DNA of 64,000 nucleotides from Eledone cirrhosa (taxonomy: Eukaryota), in the NCBI GenBank assembly GCA_964016885.1, contig OZ024744.1, forward strand, positions 61,814,001 through 61,878,000, given 5' to 3'. The position numbers were made by a program, and so were the translations under genes. Of this stretch, positions 29,904-41,544 are shown in pieces (positions within the stretch are counted from its first letter, which is position 1; each line of letters starts with the position of its first letter). The notes below the pieces were generated by a model. The model was given only the letters and a program-made list of their open reading frames with translations, made no database searches and was not told the origin of the DNA.

Positions 29904-30499
29904 TACGATCTATACGTGGATAATATACGTCTTGATGTGGGAGCTAAGTATATGTTTTGTTTATACCATTACTTATTTGCATAGGTAAGTATGTTTACCC
30001 GTATGTTTCATGAAGGTACGTATACCTTCTCGTATGTATATTTGATTGTTTATGTTATGGCCTATAATCTTTTTTTATTTTTTTTATTCTGGTACATATG
30101 GTTTGGCTATGTGTATACGGGAGTTTTGCGTCTGTGTGAGTATGCAGGTTCGTACGTATGTAGGGTGTGTGTATATGTGTACTTCATGTTTTGGTTGACT
30201 TTCGTCTCCGAACATTCGTGTATTTACATGTAGGTACACGTTTGCGCTTGTTATTTACGTTTTTATTTATATACGTTTATATATTATTTATTTATTTATT
30301 TGTATACACGCATACACACACACACACACATATTTATATGCGTGTGGTTTTGTATACCTATGGTAAGTGTTTTGCGTATGCTTGTGTATGTACGTATTTG
30401 TTTGCGTGTATGTATTTATTTATTTATATTACTTATGTATTTATTTACTTTGTTCTTAACTCTGTAGTGGAGATTCATTCGGTCTCCTAGTTAGAATTT

Positions 30500-30762
30500 T
30501 AGTCTACGACTTCTGCTATACCATTTACGTGGTTTTGTCTTTGCGTACTATTGTTCTCCACGCTCCACATATGACGTATTATCTTCGTTTTTTTTCGTTC
30601 ATTGCCAGAGAACGTCTCTATGCATCACCTAAGAGAACATTAGTCTACGACCTCTTTTATACCATAAACGTGGTTCTGTCTTTGCACGTAATTGTTTTTC
30701 ACCGCTCCTATTAATGACGTATCTTATTCGTTTTTTCCCGTTCTTTGCCAGCGAACGTTACC
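30500..30762 (+). repeat. Two diverged ~141-bp tandem units in the Penelope 3' region
   Basis: tagtctacgac..tataccat..acgtggtt..gtctttgc..cgctcc..atgacgtat..ttgccag..gaacgt at 30500 and 30641. Confidence 0.8.
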
Positions 30763-31433
30763 ACGAACCAAAGTATCGTCTTCCTGTCTTCCTCCGGTTG
30801 CAACGTTTTTTGAAATATCCAGTTCTGCGTTTACAGATTGACTTTGTTAGTTTCAGAAGATCCCGTTAAGGGTGAAAGCAGCGATTCTTTGCTTAAACTT
30901 TAATCTGTTATTTTAATAAATATTTGCTCTACGGTTCTTATATATTTGATATATATTTATCCTTATCGAGCCTTCTTTGGATTTTAGTTTTGAAATTTAT
31001 TATTATTAATATATGAATATATATATATATTCATATATATATATATATGAATATATATCTATATATGTATGAATATATATCTATATATTCATATATATAT
31101 ATATATAGATATATATATATATATAGATATATATATATATATAGATATATATATATATATATATATAGATAGATATATATATATATATAGATATATATAT
31201 ATATATTCATATATATATATATTCTTATATATATATATTCATATATATATATATTCATATATATATATATATATATTCATATATATATATATATAGATAT
31301 ATATATTCATATATATATATATTCATATATATATATATATATATATTCATATATATATATATATATAGATATATATATATAGATATATATATATGAATAT
31401 ATAGATATATATATTCATATATATATATATATA

Positions 31434-32030
31434 CAAGAGGGCGCTACAGAAGTGGTGGATAGCTTCCGGTACCTAGATCAGATTAGCATGGGAGGAGCGT
31501 GTTGCGAGGCCATAGTATCTAGAATAAGAACGGGTTGGAAGAAGTTTAGGGAGCTGCTTCCTCTGTTGACGAAGAAGGGTTTCTCCCTGCGTATGATGCC
31601 TGTGTGATGAGCGCGATGCTGCATGGTAGTGAGACATGGGCAGCAACTGCAGAGGATATGCGACGGCTGGAGAGAAATGAGGCAAGCATGCTCCGTTAGA
31701 TGTGCAGTGTAAATGTGCGTGAACGACCCAGCATAAATGTGTTGAGAGAGAAACTGTGTCTGAGAGAGATAGAATGTAGTGTACGGGAGAGGAGACTGAG
31801 ATGGTATGGACATGTGATGCGCATGGAGGATGACCGATGGGTGAAGAAGTGCCAGGAAATGCCAGTTGAAGGAAAACGTGGTAGAGGTAGACCACGAAAA
31901 GCATGGGCGGAGGTGGTGAGAACAGACCTCAGATCATTGAAGCTCACGGTGGAGATGACGAGGGACCGTGACGAGTGGAGGGATGCTGAATAAGACCCGT
32001 CCCACCCTTGCAAGCAGGGAAAAGCGGAGG
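31434..32030 (+). mobile_element. Short 5'-truncated copy of the 17.5 kb RTE subfamily
   Basis: Near-identical to 18077-18695 with small deletions; ORF 31700-31993 RLRWYGHVMRM..GRPRKAW. Confidence 0.9.
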
Positions 32031-32034
32031 TATA

Positions 32035-32182
32035 ATTATTTCTGAAGACGGCATATATATGTGTTGGTATGTATATTTAATTTTGATAGTTTGTATAATT
32101 TTGTATAATTTTGTACATAGATCTGTTGAATATGCATGCCAATTCTAACACATATATATCCTAGAAACGATCGTTAAATAAT
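32035..32182 (+). ncRNA. Type I hammerhead-like motif with very long stem II
   Basis: AUUAUUU-CUGAAGA-[~115 nt with a 15-bp helix AUAUAUAUGUGUUGG/CUAACACAUAUAUAU]-GAAA-CGAUCG-UU-AAAUAAU; base of stem II imperfect. Confidence 0.65.
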
Positions 32183-32321
32183 GAACTTTTTTTGTTTAAT
32201 ATAAGGAACTGTTTCATTGTTTTATTCATTATTTTTTTAATATTTTATATATATATAAATATATATATATATATACACGAATATATATAAATATATATAT
32301 AAATATAAATATATATATATA

Positions 32322-32356
<35 letters not shown>

Positions 32357-32387
32357 GAATATATATAAATATAAATATATATATATA

Positions 32388-32420
<33 letters not shown>

Positions 32421-32451
32421 GAATATATATAAATATAAATATATATATATA

Positions 32452-32486
<35 letters not shown>

Positions 32487-32517
32487 GAATATATATAAAT
32501 ATAAATATATATATATA

Positions 32518-32548
<31 letters not shown>

Positions 32549-32579
32549 GAATATATATAAATATAAATATATATATATA

Positions 32580-32611
<32 letters not shown>

Positions 32612-32686
32612 AATATAAATATATAAATATATATATATAAATATATATAAATATAAATATATATATAAATATATATATATATATAA

Positions 32687-32749
<63 letters not shown>

Positions 32750-32772
32750 TATATATAAATATATATAAATAT

Positions 32773-32869
<97 letters not shown>

Positions 32870-32944
32870 TATATATATATAAATATATATATATAAATAA
32901 ATATATATATATATATATATAAATATATATATATAAATAAATAT

Positions 32945-33021
<77 letters not shown>

Positions 33022-33157
33022 TATATATATAAATATATATATATAAATAAATATATATATATATATATATAAATATATATATATAAATATATATATATAA
33101 ATATATATATATAAATAAATATATATATATAAATAAATATATATATATATATATATA

Positions 33158-33191
<34 letters not shown>

Positions 33192-33567
33192 AATATATAT
33201 ATATAAATATATATCATCATCATCATCATCATCAACGTTTAACGTCCGTGTTCCACGCTTGCATGGGTTTGGACGGGGGTAGTCCCACTTGAGGCAAGAG
33301 TGATTGTCTTGCTCGCATAGGACTGTCTGGCAGGTTTTCTACAGTTGGATGCCCTTCCTAACACCAACCACATTTACAGTGTGGGTCTGGGAGGTTTTTA
33401 CCGTGTTGCCTACACGGCCACATTACAGCGTGGACTGTGTGTTTTTTTGTCGTGACACCTACACGATCTCATTTGTTTCGGCCTGGATGGCGCGGCACCA
33501 ACATAACTTTACATAGAACGGGGTGGTGTGGATGGGGTGGGGGTGGCGGCGGGAGGGGTGTATTTTG

Positions 33568-36500
33568 TTAGAGATGCCTACTGGCAAGGCGGGTCTTCTC
33601 TGTTACTGAGTACCGCCAAAGGTCACGGTCCAGTGACATTGTCTTGGAGAGGTGTAAGTGTGTGAGGTCGGAGTTTATCAGCTCATCCCATGTTTTTCTA
33701 GGTCTGCCTATTCCGTGGCTACCGTCTATCTTTATTGCCCTGCACTTTGTAATACAGCTATCGACTTTCATGCGCATCACGTGTCCATACCAACGCAGCC
33801 TTCTCTCGAGTAAACAACATCTGATCCCTCTTATCTCTAATTTTTTCCTTAGTTCGTTTATGCTTTGCCGTTCACGTATATTACTGTTACACATCCAGCG
33901 GAGCATGCAAGCTTCGTTCCTCTCTAGTCTGCGTATATCCTCTGCACACAATGCCCAGGTCTCACTACCATGCAACATTGCTGTTCGTATGCAGGCATCG
34001 TACAACCTGCCTTTCATTTTTAGGGAGAACCCTTTAGCAGCTAATAGTGGTATAAGCTCTCTGAACTTTTTCCAACCAGTTCTGACTCTAGCTACAGTAC
34101 TTTCAGAGCACCCTCCCCCACTGCTGATTTTATCGCCCAGGTAACGGAAGCTGTCCACTATTTCTATAAAACCCTCTGCGCAATTGAAAGAGCTAGTATT
34201 TTGTGGGCACTTGCTGCTACTTATTGCACCAGAACACCGGCCACATGTAAAGTCTATGTTCTTAGTTAGCTTACCTGTGATCCCACTACATCTTTTATGC
34301 ACCCATACTTTGCATTTAGGACATAAGATGGAGTTTCTACCTACGCCTTTCCTACATACCGAGCACGACCATTTCCCAGAAGGGACCGCCGCCTTGTTTT
34401 CTTTCCTACAAACTAGAACTTTGGTCTTAGCCAGGTTAATTTTAAGTCCTTTTGACTCTAGGCCGTGCTTCCATGTTTGGAATTTCTTCTCTAGCTCGGC
34501 CATTGATTCCGCTATGAGTGTCAGGTCGTCTGCGTATAGGAGTTCCCATGGGCAGCCTGTCTTGAACTCCTCTGTTATAGCCTGAAGGGCAATAATAAAT
34601 AGTAGGGGGCTGAGAACAGAGCCCTGATGGACGCCAACTTTTACGCTAAACTCTTCACTATATTCGTTGTTAATTCTAACCTTGCTGACTGTTTCTTTAT
34701 ACATGGCTTGTATAGCCCTCACAAGCCATTCGTCAACGCCTAGTTTTCTAAGAGCCCACCAGATAATGGAGCGGGGGACTCTGTCGAAGGCTTTCTCCAG
34801 GTCGACAAAAGCTAAGTAGAGGGGTTTACCTTTAGCTAGGTACTTCTCCTGTAGTTGTCGTACTATGAAAAGAGCGTCTGTGGTGCTTTTGCCTGACACA
34901 AACCCGAACTGCATTTCATCTAGATCAATTCTCTCTCTGATTAGTTGCGCTATTACTTTTTCCGTGACCTTCATGACCTGGTCGATTAATTTAATGCCTC
35001 TATAGTTACTCCTATCTAGGGCGTCTCCTTTACCCTTATAACAGTTAACGATGATGCTGCTATGCCAGTCCTTCGGAACAACCCCATTCTGTACGACTTG
35101 GTTAACTATGCGGGTGACCATGGTGTGTCCCACCGTGCCAGATGCCTTCAGCATCTCAGCAACTATTTCCGAAGGCCCAGCCGCCTTACCAGTCTTCATA
35201 TCCTTGATTGCCTTACTTATTATACTCCCCTCGACTAACACTGCTGGTCCCTCTATCGGGTCGATATGGGGGAGACTGTCTTTCTCCCATTTATTCTCCT
35301 CATTTAGTAGCCTTTCATAGTGACACTTCCAAGCTACCTTCTTATCAGTGTCGGTGATGGCAAGTATGCCATCATCGTTAAGTACACACTTCTCCCCGAC
35401 AATATCACGGTTTTCCTTGACGCATTGCCTGGCAATCCTGAACACCTCACGTTTTTGGTCATCGCGTTGTAGAACATGCTTGAACTTTCTTTCCTCAGCT
35501 TCCCTTCTTGCTAAGTACACTTCTCTCCTAGCTTCCCTCCTGGCCACTTGATAGTCTACTCTACTTCCCCCATCCCGCCATACTTTCCAAGCCTGCTTTT
35601 TGGCCTTAATTGACCCCTCCACCTTACTGTTCCACCACCATGTTACTCTCCTCCTGCCTACAGGCCTGCTCCAGCCACAGACTTCGTCTGTCGCCAACAG
35701 CAGGTTAGCTTTCAGAAATTTCCACTGTCCCTCTATATTGTCCGATTCTAGATGCTCTTCCTTACTGTCGAAAGCATCAAGTAATATGCTTTGAAATTTA
35801 TTTCTGGCTGTGGGGTCTTTTAGTTTCCATATTTTCCTCCTGAGGATAGTCCTCTTCTGCTGTCGGGTGCGTCTCGTCCTGACTATGAGGTCGCTAATTA
35901 TCAGTCTATGTTGGGAGGTGCATTCTTCATGGGGGAGGGATTTAGTGTTTACAACAGACACTCTGTCACGTCTTCTGGTAAGGATATAATCTACCTGGCT
36001 TGTGTGTTCCCCGGATCTATAGGTAATCAGGTGATTGTCACGTTTTTTGAAGTTAGTGTTACAGATAGTTAGGTTATTTGCATCACAGTATTCCAGAATT
36101 CTGGAGCCTTCCTCATTTCTAGTACCAAACCCATAGCCTCCATGGATTTCGTCATAGCCGTCACAATGTTGTCCAACGTGACCATTTAGGTCGCCTGCAA
36201 TAATTATATAGTCACTGTCAGATATTTGGGAGGTAGTTAGCAACAGTGTCTCATAGAATCTGTCTTTTATAGTGCCGGGCAGTCCGGATTGGGGTGCGTA
36301 CGCAGATATTACTGTCACCGTAGTTCTATTGAGGACAAGTCTTATTTTAATTATTCTGTCGTTCACTCTATTTACGTCTATTATCTTATCTGCCCACTTT
36401 TCTGCTACCATGATTCCTACTCCACCCAGCCCATCGTCGTTTCCCACCCAGAAAAGCTTATAACATCGTTTTTTACCCTCAATGAATCTAGCAGACCCAC

Positions 36501-36855
36501 CCCTCCACCTGGTCTCTTGAATACAACAAACATCGACCTCCTTACGTTCAAGCATTTCTACAACCTCGTTAGCGCGACCCTTTAGGGTGCCTACATTTAT
36601 GGTACCAACTCTGAAGTTTTGGGTTGCGTTTGGAGGGTGGGGGTGGTGGGGGGCGGGGGGAGATAGGGTTATGTTAGCCATCCGCGGACGAAACAAAGAG
36701 GAGTGCTCGCATTCTCGTCCACGAGGTGAATTTGACTTTAACTTTGGCATTTTCGCTCTGGGCGTCCAGATTTTTCTCTCCCTTCCACTCTCCAAGGATT
36801 CCGCAGTCCGTCCGTCCATCCATCCATCCATCCATCCATCATATATCGAAGGCAA
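33568..36855 (-). CDS. RTE-clade non-LTR retrotransposon ORF: AP endonuclease + reverse transcriptase + PHD-like zinc finger, uninterrupted
   Basis: 1095-aa ORF; APE motifs GTINVGTL, CIQETRW, GDLNGHVG, QVDYIL, SQHRLI; RT motifs FVDLEKAFDRVP, GVHQGSVLSPLLF, LLYADD; CSVC..CPKC..HKRC..CGRC; RTE C-terminus RLRWYGHV..GRPRKTW; the true start may be the internal MANITL. Confidence 0.95.
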   Translation of the reverse strand: MPSIYDGWMDGWMDGRTAESLESGRERKIWTPRAKMPKLKSNSPRGRECEHSSLFRPRMANITLSPPAPHHPHPPNATQNFRVGTINVGTLKGRANEVVEMLERKEVDVCCIQETRWRGGSARFIEGKKRCYKLFWVGNDDGLGGVGIMVAEKWADKIIDVNRVNDRIIKIRLVLNRTTVTVISAYAPQSGLPGTIKDRFYETLLLTTSQISDSDYIIIAGDLNGHVGQHCDGYDEIHGGYGFGTRNEEGSRILEYCDANNLTICNTNFKKRDNHLITYRSGEHTSQVDYILTRRRDRVSVVNTKSLPHEECTSQHRLIISDLIVRTRRTRQQKRTILRRKIWKLKDPTARNKFQSILLDAFDSKEEHLESDNIEGQWKFLKANLLLATDEVCGWSRPVGRRRVTWWWNSKVEGSIKAKKQAWKVWRDGGSRVDYQVARREARREVYLARREAEERKFKHVLQRDDQKREVFRIARQCVKENRDIVGEKCVLNDDGILAITDTDKKVAWKCHYERLLNEENKWEKDSLPHIDPIEGPAVLVEGSIISKAIKDMKTGKAAGPSEIVAEMLKASGTVGHTMVTRIVNQVVQNGVVPKDWHSSIIVNCYKGKGDALDRSNYRGIKLIDQVMKVTEKVIAQLIRERIDLDEMQFGFVSGKSTTDALFIVRQLQEKYLAKGKPLYLAFVDLEKAFDRVPRSIIWWALRKLGVDEWLVRAIQAMYKETVSKVRINNEYSEEFSVKVGVHQGSVLSPLLFIIALQAITEEFKTGCPWELLYADDLTLIAESMAELEKKFQTWKHGLESKGLKINLAKTKVLVCRKENKAAVPSGKWSCSVCRKGVGRNSILCPKCKVWVHKRCSGITGKLTKNIDFTCGRCSGAISSSKCPQNTSSFNCAEGFIEIVDSFRYLGDKISSGGGCSESTVARVRTGWKKFRELIPLLAAKGFSLKMKGRLYDACIRTAMLHGSETWALCAEDIRRLERNEACMLRWMCNSNIRERQSINELRKKLEIRGIRCCLLERRLRWYGHVMRMKVDSCITKCRAIKIDGSHGIGRPRKTWDELINSDLTHLHLSKTMSLDRDLWRYSVTEKTRLASRHL

Positions 36856-37060
36856 CCGGGCAAGCGATAGTATAGGCCTCTGGCTTATGATTTGGTCCGC
36901 GTAATAATAATAATGGTGATGCGTGGGGGTGGGGGTGGGTGGCTCTGGCTTATAATAATGGTGGTGATGCGGGGGGGGGGGGCTCTGGCTTATGATTGGT
37001 CCACGTATTAAGTATGGTGGCGTGTGGGGGCGGGAGGGAGGGGTGTGGGGTAGCTAGCTG

Positions 37061-37324
37061 GAAGGTTATGAATGTTTAACAAGCGATTTAACAAAAAGCA
37101 AAACTGCAAGATTTGTTCTGTTCAATACGACAAAAACACCGTATTTAAACCTTAAATAGATAACAAAAAATACAGATTTCGGATTTTGCGAGATTGGATG
37201 TTTGTTTGGACTGTGTACGGAATTGAGCGTGGAAATGGAGAGAAGGATTGTACTTTACGGTTTACATGAGTCCATCATAGAAATAATTGAAGCAAAGTGG
37301 ATAAACATGAAGGAAAACTTATCT

Positions 37325-37359
<35 letters not shown>

Positions 37360-37827
37360 AGCTAAGCGAGAGATAGAGGGGAAGAAAGAGAGGGGGGGGG
37401 GGAGATAGTGGCTGACCGCAGCCCCCTCGTGGAGAAGCAGGAGGGTGAAGGGGTGGATCGGCTTTTTGACTTTCAAGTAGCATACTATATATATTTAAAG
37501 TAATTTATAAGTAGAATGGGGAGGATTTTGTTTTTTTTGTTTGAGAATACGATAGAATTAAGATAGAAGGTTATGAATGTTTAACAAGCGATTTAACAAA
37601 AAGCAAAACTGCAAGATTTGTTCTGTTCAATACGACAAAAACACCGTATTTAAACCTTAAATAGATAACAAAAAATACAGATTTCGGATTTTGCGAGATT
37701 GGATGTTTGTTTGGACTGTGTACGGAATTGAGCGTGGAAATGGAGAGAAGGATTGTACTTTACGGTTTACATGAGTCCATCATAGAAATAATTGAAGCAA
37801 AGTGGATAAACATGAAGGAAAACTTAT
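37061..37827. repeat. 262-bp direct repeat pair (37061-37322 and 37566-37827) upstream of the RTE ORF
   Basis: Essentially identical sequence from gaaggttatgaatg to aggaaaacttat, offset 505 bp. Confidence 0.9.
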
Positions 37828-37901
37828 ATATATATATAAATAAATATATATATATATATATATAAATATATATATATAAATATATATATATAAATAAATA
37901 T

Positions 37902-37952
<51 letters not shown>

Positions 37953-37963
37953 AATAAATATAT

Positions 37964-38008
<45 letters not shown>

Positions 38009-38009
38009 T

Positions 38010-38040
<31 letters not shown>

Positions 38041-38082
38041 AATATATATATAAATATATATATATATATAAATATATATATA

Positions 38083-38186
<104 letters not shown>

Positions 38187-38189
38187 AAT

Positions 38190-38258
<69 letters not shown>

Positions 38259-38311
38259 AATATATATATGAATATATCAATATATATATGAATATATAAA
38301 TATATATATGA

Positions 38312-38350
<39 letters not shown>

Positions 38351-38387
38351 TATATAAATATATATATATGAATATATATATAAATAT

Positions 38388-38420
<33 letters not shown>

Positions 38421-38462
38421 TAAGAATATATATATATATAAATATATATATATAAATATATA

Positions 38463-38838
38463 TATTAAGTGCATTGAGTTCAGAACTCAAGCATTCATTT
38501 ACAATTAAATAGCTCAAAGAAAAAAATATTTCTGAGCCGTGTAATACATGTAAATATAAATTAATATATATGATGAAACACAAATACCAACATATATGTG
38601 TTTATATTGTAAAAGAAATTAAGTTAGCTAGAATGAAATATACTAATTATAATATTACAGTTTGCCTATATCGATTTAAAATTATAAATCAACAAAAACA
38701 AACAGTATTGGCAAATGGCCATGGTGTTTAGACAAATTTAAATATCAAAATCAAAATTTGGATTTTAAAATTTAAATTTGTCTAAACACCATGGCCATTT
38801 GCCAATACTGTTTGTTTTTGTTGATTTATTATTTTAAA
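38463..38838. mobile_element. Fold-back element: unique tail plus ~165-bp palindrome (38675-38838)
   Basis: aaatcaacaaaaacaaacagtattggcaaatggccatggtgtttagacaaatttaaat is mirrored. Confidence 0.8.
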
Positions 38839-38848
38839 TGTATGTATA

Positions 38849-40105
38849 CAGGGTGTGGACGATATTTGTTCACAATTTTCAACTGCTAATTTTATGAAAA
38901 TTTTTTTTATTTCCGTTGCCACCCTTGTCTTCATAAAAACAGTGACTATATTTCCATTATTTTTTTCAGAATAATTAATTATGAATAATTTTGAACCTCC
39001 AAATTGTGGAAGAGACACGGAGTTCTTCTTGGATTCCGCGCCGGGAGGATAACTAAGGAAATTTCAGACTTTCTCAGCGTCAGCAGGAGAATGGTGGAAA
39101 AGGTCAGAAAGGAATTGGATAATTCAGGATTCGACTACGAAGCAACATCAGAGAGGAAAACACATGATCCACGATCTGACGCATTCAGAACGCCCGAGTT
39201 CGTCGCTGAAGTTCAGGATATCATCAACAATGAACCTAGCAAGTCGATGCGTTCCATTGCAAGGGAGAAAGGCGTGGATGAAAAGCTTATTAGGCTGGTG
39301 GTACATGAAGACATACGCTACGTTTCATACAAGATGAGGAAAGGACAATTTCTGTCAAAGGCGATGCAAGAAAAGCGACTGAAGCACGCAAAGAAGCTGA
39401 TCAACAAGTTGAAACACCCACTGGAGCCAGACTTGCTGTGGTTTTTCTCCGACGAGAAAAACTTCTGCCAAGACCAGAAGATCAACTCCCAGAAGAACAG
39501 GTGGTTCGCTGTTATATCCTAAGACATGCCCAGACTCATGCAGACAAAGTTTCCAGCGACAACATTGGTCTTAGGTGTCGTCAGCAGTCAAGGTGACGTC
39601 ATGCCACCTCACTTCTTCCCTGAGGGCCTCAAGCGGAACACCGATGGCTACATCCGGGTTCTGAGCAAGGTAGTAAAGCCCTGGATCGACCAGGTAGCTG
39701 CAGGTAGGCAGTACGTGTGACAGCAAGACTCAGCGCCCTGCCATACCAGCCAAAAGACCCAAGCCCGGCTGTCAGAGAACTTCATCGACCACACTTCACC
39801 TGACATCTGGCCTCCCAGCTCGCCTGACTGCAACCCCCTCAACTTCTTTGTGTGGAGCGCAGTGGAACGAGACACCAACAGATCTAGCTGCAATACGAAA
39901 GACGATCTGAAGGCCAGGATCACAAGTGCCTTTAGGGGCCTAAGTCGGGGGACAGTGACGAAGGCCTTTAGCCGGTTCGGAGACCGCCTTGAGGCCGTCA
40001 TCAAAGCCAATGGTGGGTTTACCAAGTGCAATCGAAAGAACTAGTCATGAAGACAAAATGACCCAAGTTTGATAAATATATCTTTAAAATTTCGTCCGCA
40101 CCCTG
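38849..40105 (+). mobile_element. Tc1/mariner superfamily DD37D (maT-type) DNA transposon, decayed
   Basis: TA on both sides (38847-38848, 40106-40107); imperfect TIRs CAGGGTGTGGACGATATTT / CAGGGTGCGGACGAAATTT; 1257 bp. Confidence 0.93.
39004..40044 (+). pseudogene. maT/DD37D transposase pseudogene
   Basis: One frame with in-frame stops at 39520-39522 and 39718-39720; motifs FFSDEKNF, QQDSAPCH, WPPSSPDCNPLN; 37 residues from the second D to the position of the third D, which is N here. Confidence 0.9.
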
Positions 40106-40447
40106 TATATATATATATATATGAATATATATATATGAATATATATATATATATGAAAACAAATAACGAAACGAAATTAAATTTCGTTTCGTTTGTAACT
40201 CACTTTTGTATGACTGACGCTTAAACAATTAAGTTAAAAATGTACATCCACATATGTATACTGAAATACTAGTATGCATATGAATACACACACGTGTACA
40301 TATGTAGATGTACCGAGTTTTTCACTGGTCACTTTACTGTGAGTGTCCAGCTATTCTGTATGTAAACACACGGACAAACCGGTTTTTAGAGTCATACTGG
40401 TTTTTGAGGAAACACCTTTCCTCTATTCTCCAGAAAGCCAGACAAGG

Positions 40448-40492
40448 AATATTGGACTAGTTTCGATGTTGTTACATCTCATCAGCAATATT
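40448..40492 (-). ncRNA. Minimal type I hammerhead ribozyme (inverted array unit)
   Basis: Reverse complement of the array hammerhead, differing only in loop II (AACA vs AAUA). Confidence 0.88.
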
Positions 40493-41030
40493 TACCTATC
40501 TTCCGGCCTTTCTAGAGAATCGTAAAAGCACATATCGTTATATGCTTTTTCTATGAAAATTAGTAGTGGGCAGACTAATTTGCATAGAGCGTGAGTACGT
40601 ACCGGTTCAGCGGAAACGATAAAAACAAATAACGAAACGAAATTAAATTTCGTTTTGCTTCTAACTCACTTTTGTATGACTGACGCTTAAACAATTAAGT
40701 TAAAGTGTACATCTACATATGTATACGGAAGTATTAGTATGCATATAAATACACACATGTATACATATGTACATGTACTCAGCTTTTCACTAGACACTTT
40801 ACAGATGTACACTTTAACTTAATTGTTTAAGCGTCAGTCATACAAAAGTGAGTTAGAAGCAAAACGAAATTTAATTTCGTTTCGTTATTTATTTTTATCG
40901 TTTCCGCTGAACCGGTGCGTACAATGACTCACGTTCTATGCAAATTAGTCTACCCACTACTAATTTTCATAGAAAAAGCATATAACGATATGTGCTTTTA
41001 CAATTCTCCAGAGAAGCCGGAAGATGGGTA

Positions 41031-41075
41031 AATATTGCTGATGAGATGTAATAACATCGAAACTAGTCCAATATT
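41031..41075 (+). ncRNA. Minimal type I hammerhead ribozyme (array unit 1)
   Basis: AAUAUUG-CUGAUGA-GAUGU(AAUA)ACAUC-GAAA-CUAG-UC-CAAUAUU: 7-bp stem I, intact core, 5-bp stem II, palindromic minimal stem III ACUAGU, GUC site. Confidence 0.9.
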
Positions 41076-41499
41076 CCTGTCTGGCCTTCTGGAGAATAGA
41101 GGAAATGTGTTTCCTTGAAAACCCGTATGACTCTAAAACCCGGTCCGTCTGTGTGGTTACATACAGACTAGCTGACACTCACTGTAAAGTGTCTAGTGAA
41201 AAGCTGAGTACATGTACATATGTATACATGTGTGTATTTATATGCATACTAATACTTCCGTATACATACGTAGATGTACACTTTAACTTAATTGTTTAAG
41301 CTTCAGTCATACAAAAGTGAGTTAGAAGCGAAACGAAATTTAATTTCGTTTCGTTATTTGTTTTTATCGTTTCCGCTGAACCGGTGCGTACAATGACTCA
41401 CGTTCTATGCAAATTAGTCTACCCACTACTAATTTTCATAGAAAAAGCATATAACGATATGTGCTTTTACAATTCTCCAGAGAAGCCGGAAGATGGGTA

Positions 41500-41544
41500 A
41501 ATATTGCTGATGAGATGTAATAACATCGAAACTAGTCCAATATT
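41500..41544 (+). ncRNA. Minimal type I hammerhead ribozyme (array unit 2)
   Basis: Identical to 41031-41075. Confidence 0.9.

Larger units (their letters stand above)
29256..31008 (+). mobile_element. 5'-truncated Penelope-like element with long 3' UTR/pseudo-LTR, inserted in (TA)n
   Basis: GIY-YIG ORF followed by ~1.1 kb non-coding region whose last ~350 bp recurs at 20078-20580 and partly at 42895-42967; TA repeats on both sides. Confidence 0.85.
33214..37827 (-). mobile_element. Probably full-length RTE LINE inserted in (TA)n
   Basis: (GAT)n 3' tail at ~33214-33233, ~330 bp 3' UTR, intact ORF, ~1 kb 5' region with direct repeats; TA microsatellite on both sides; 5' boundary inferred. 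Confidence 0.85.
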
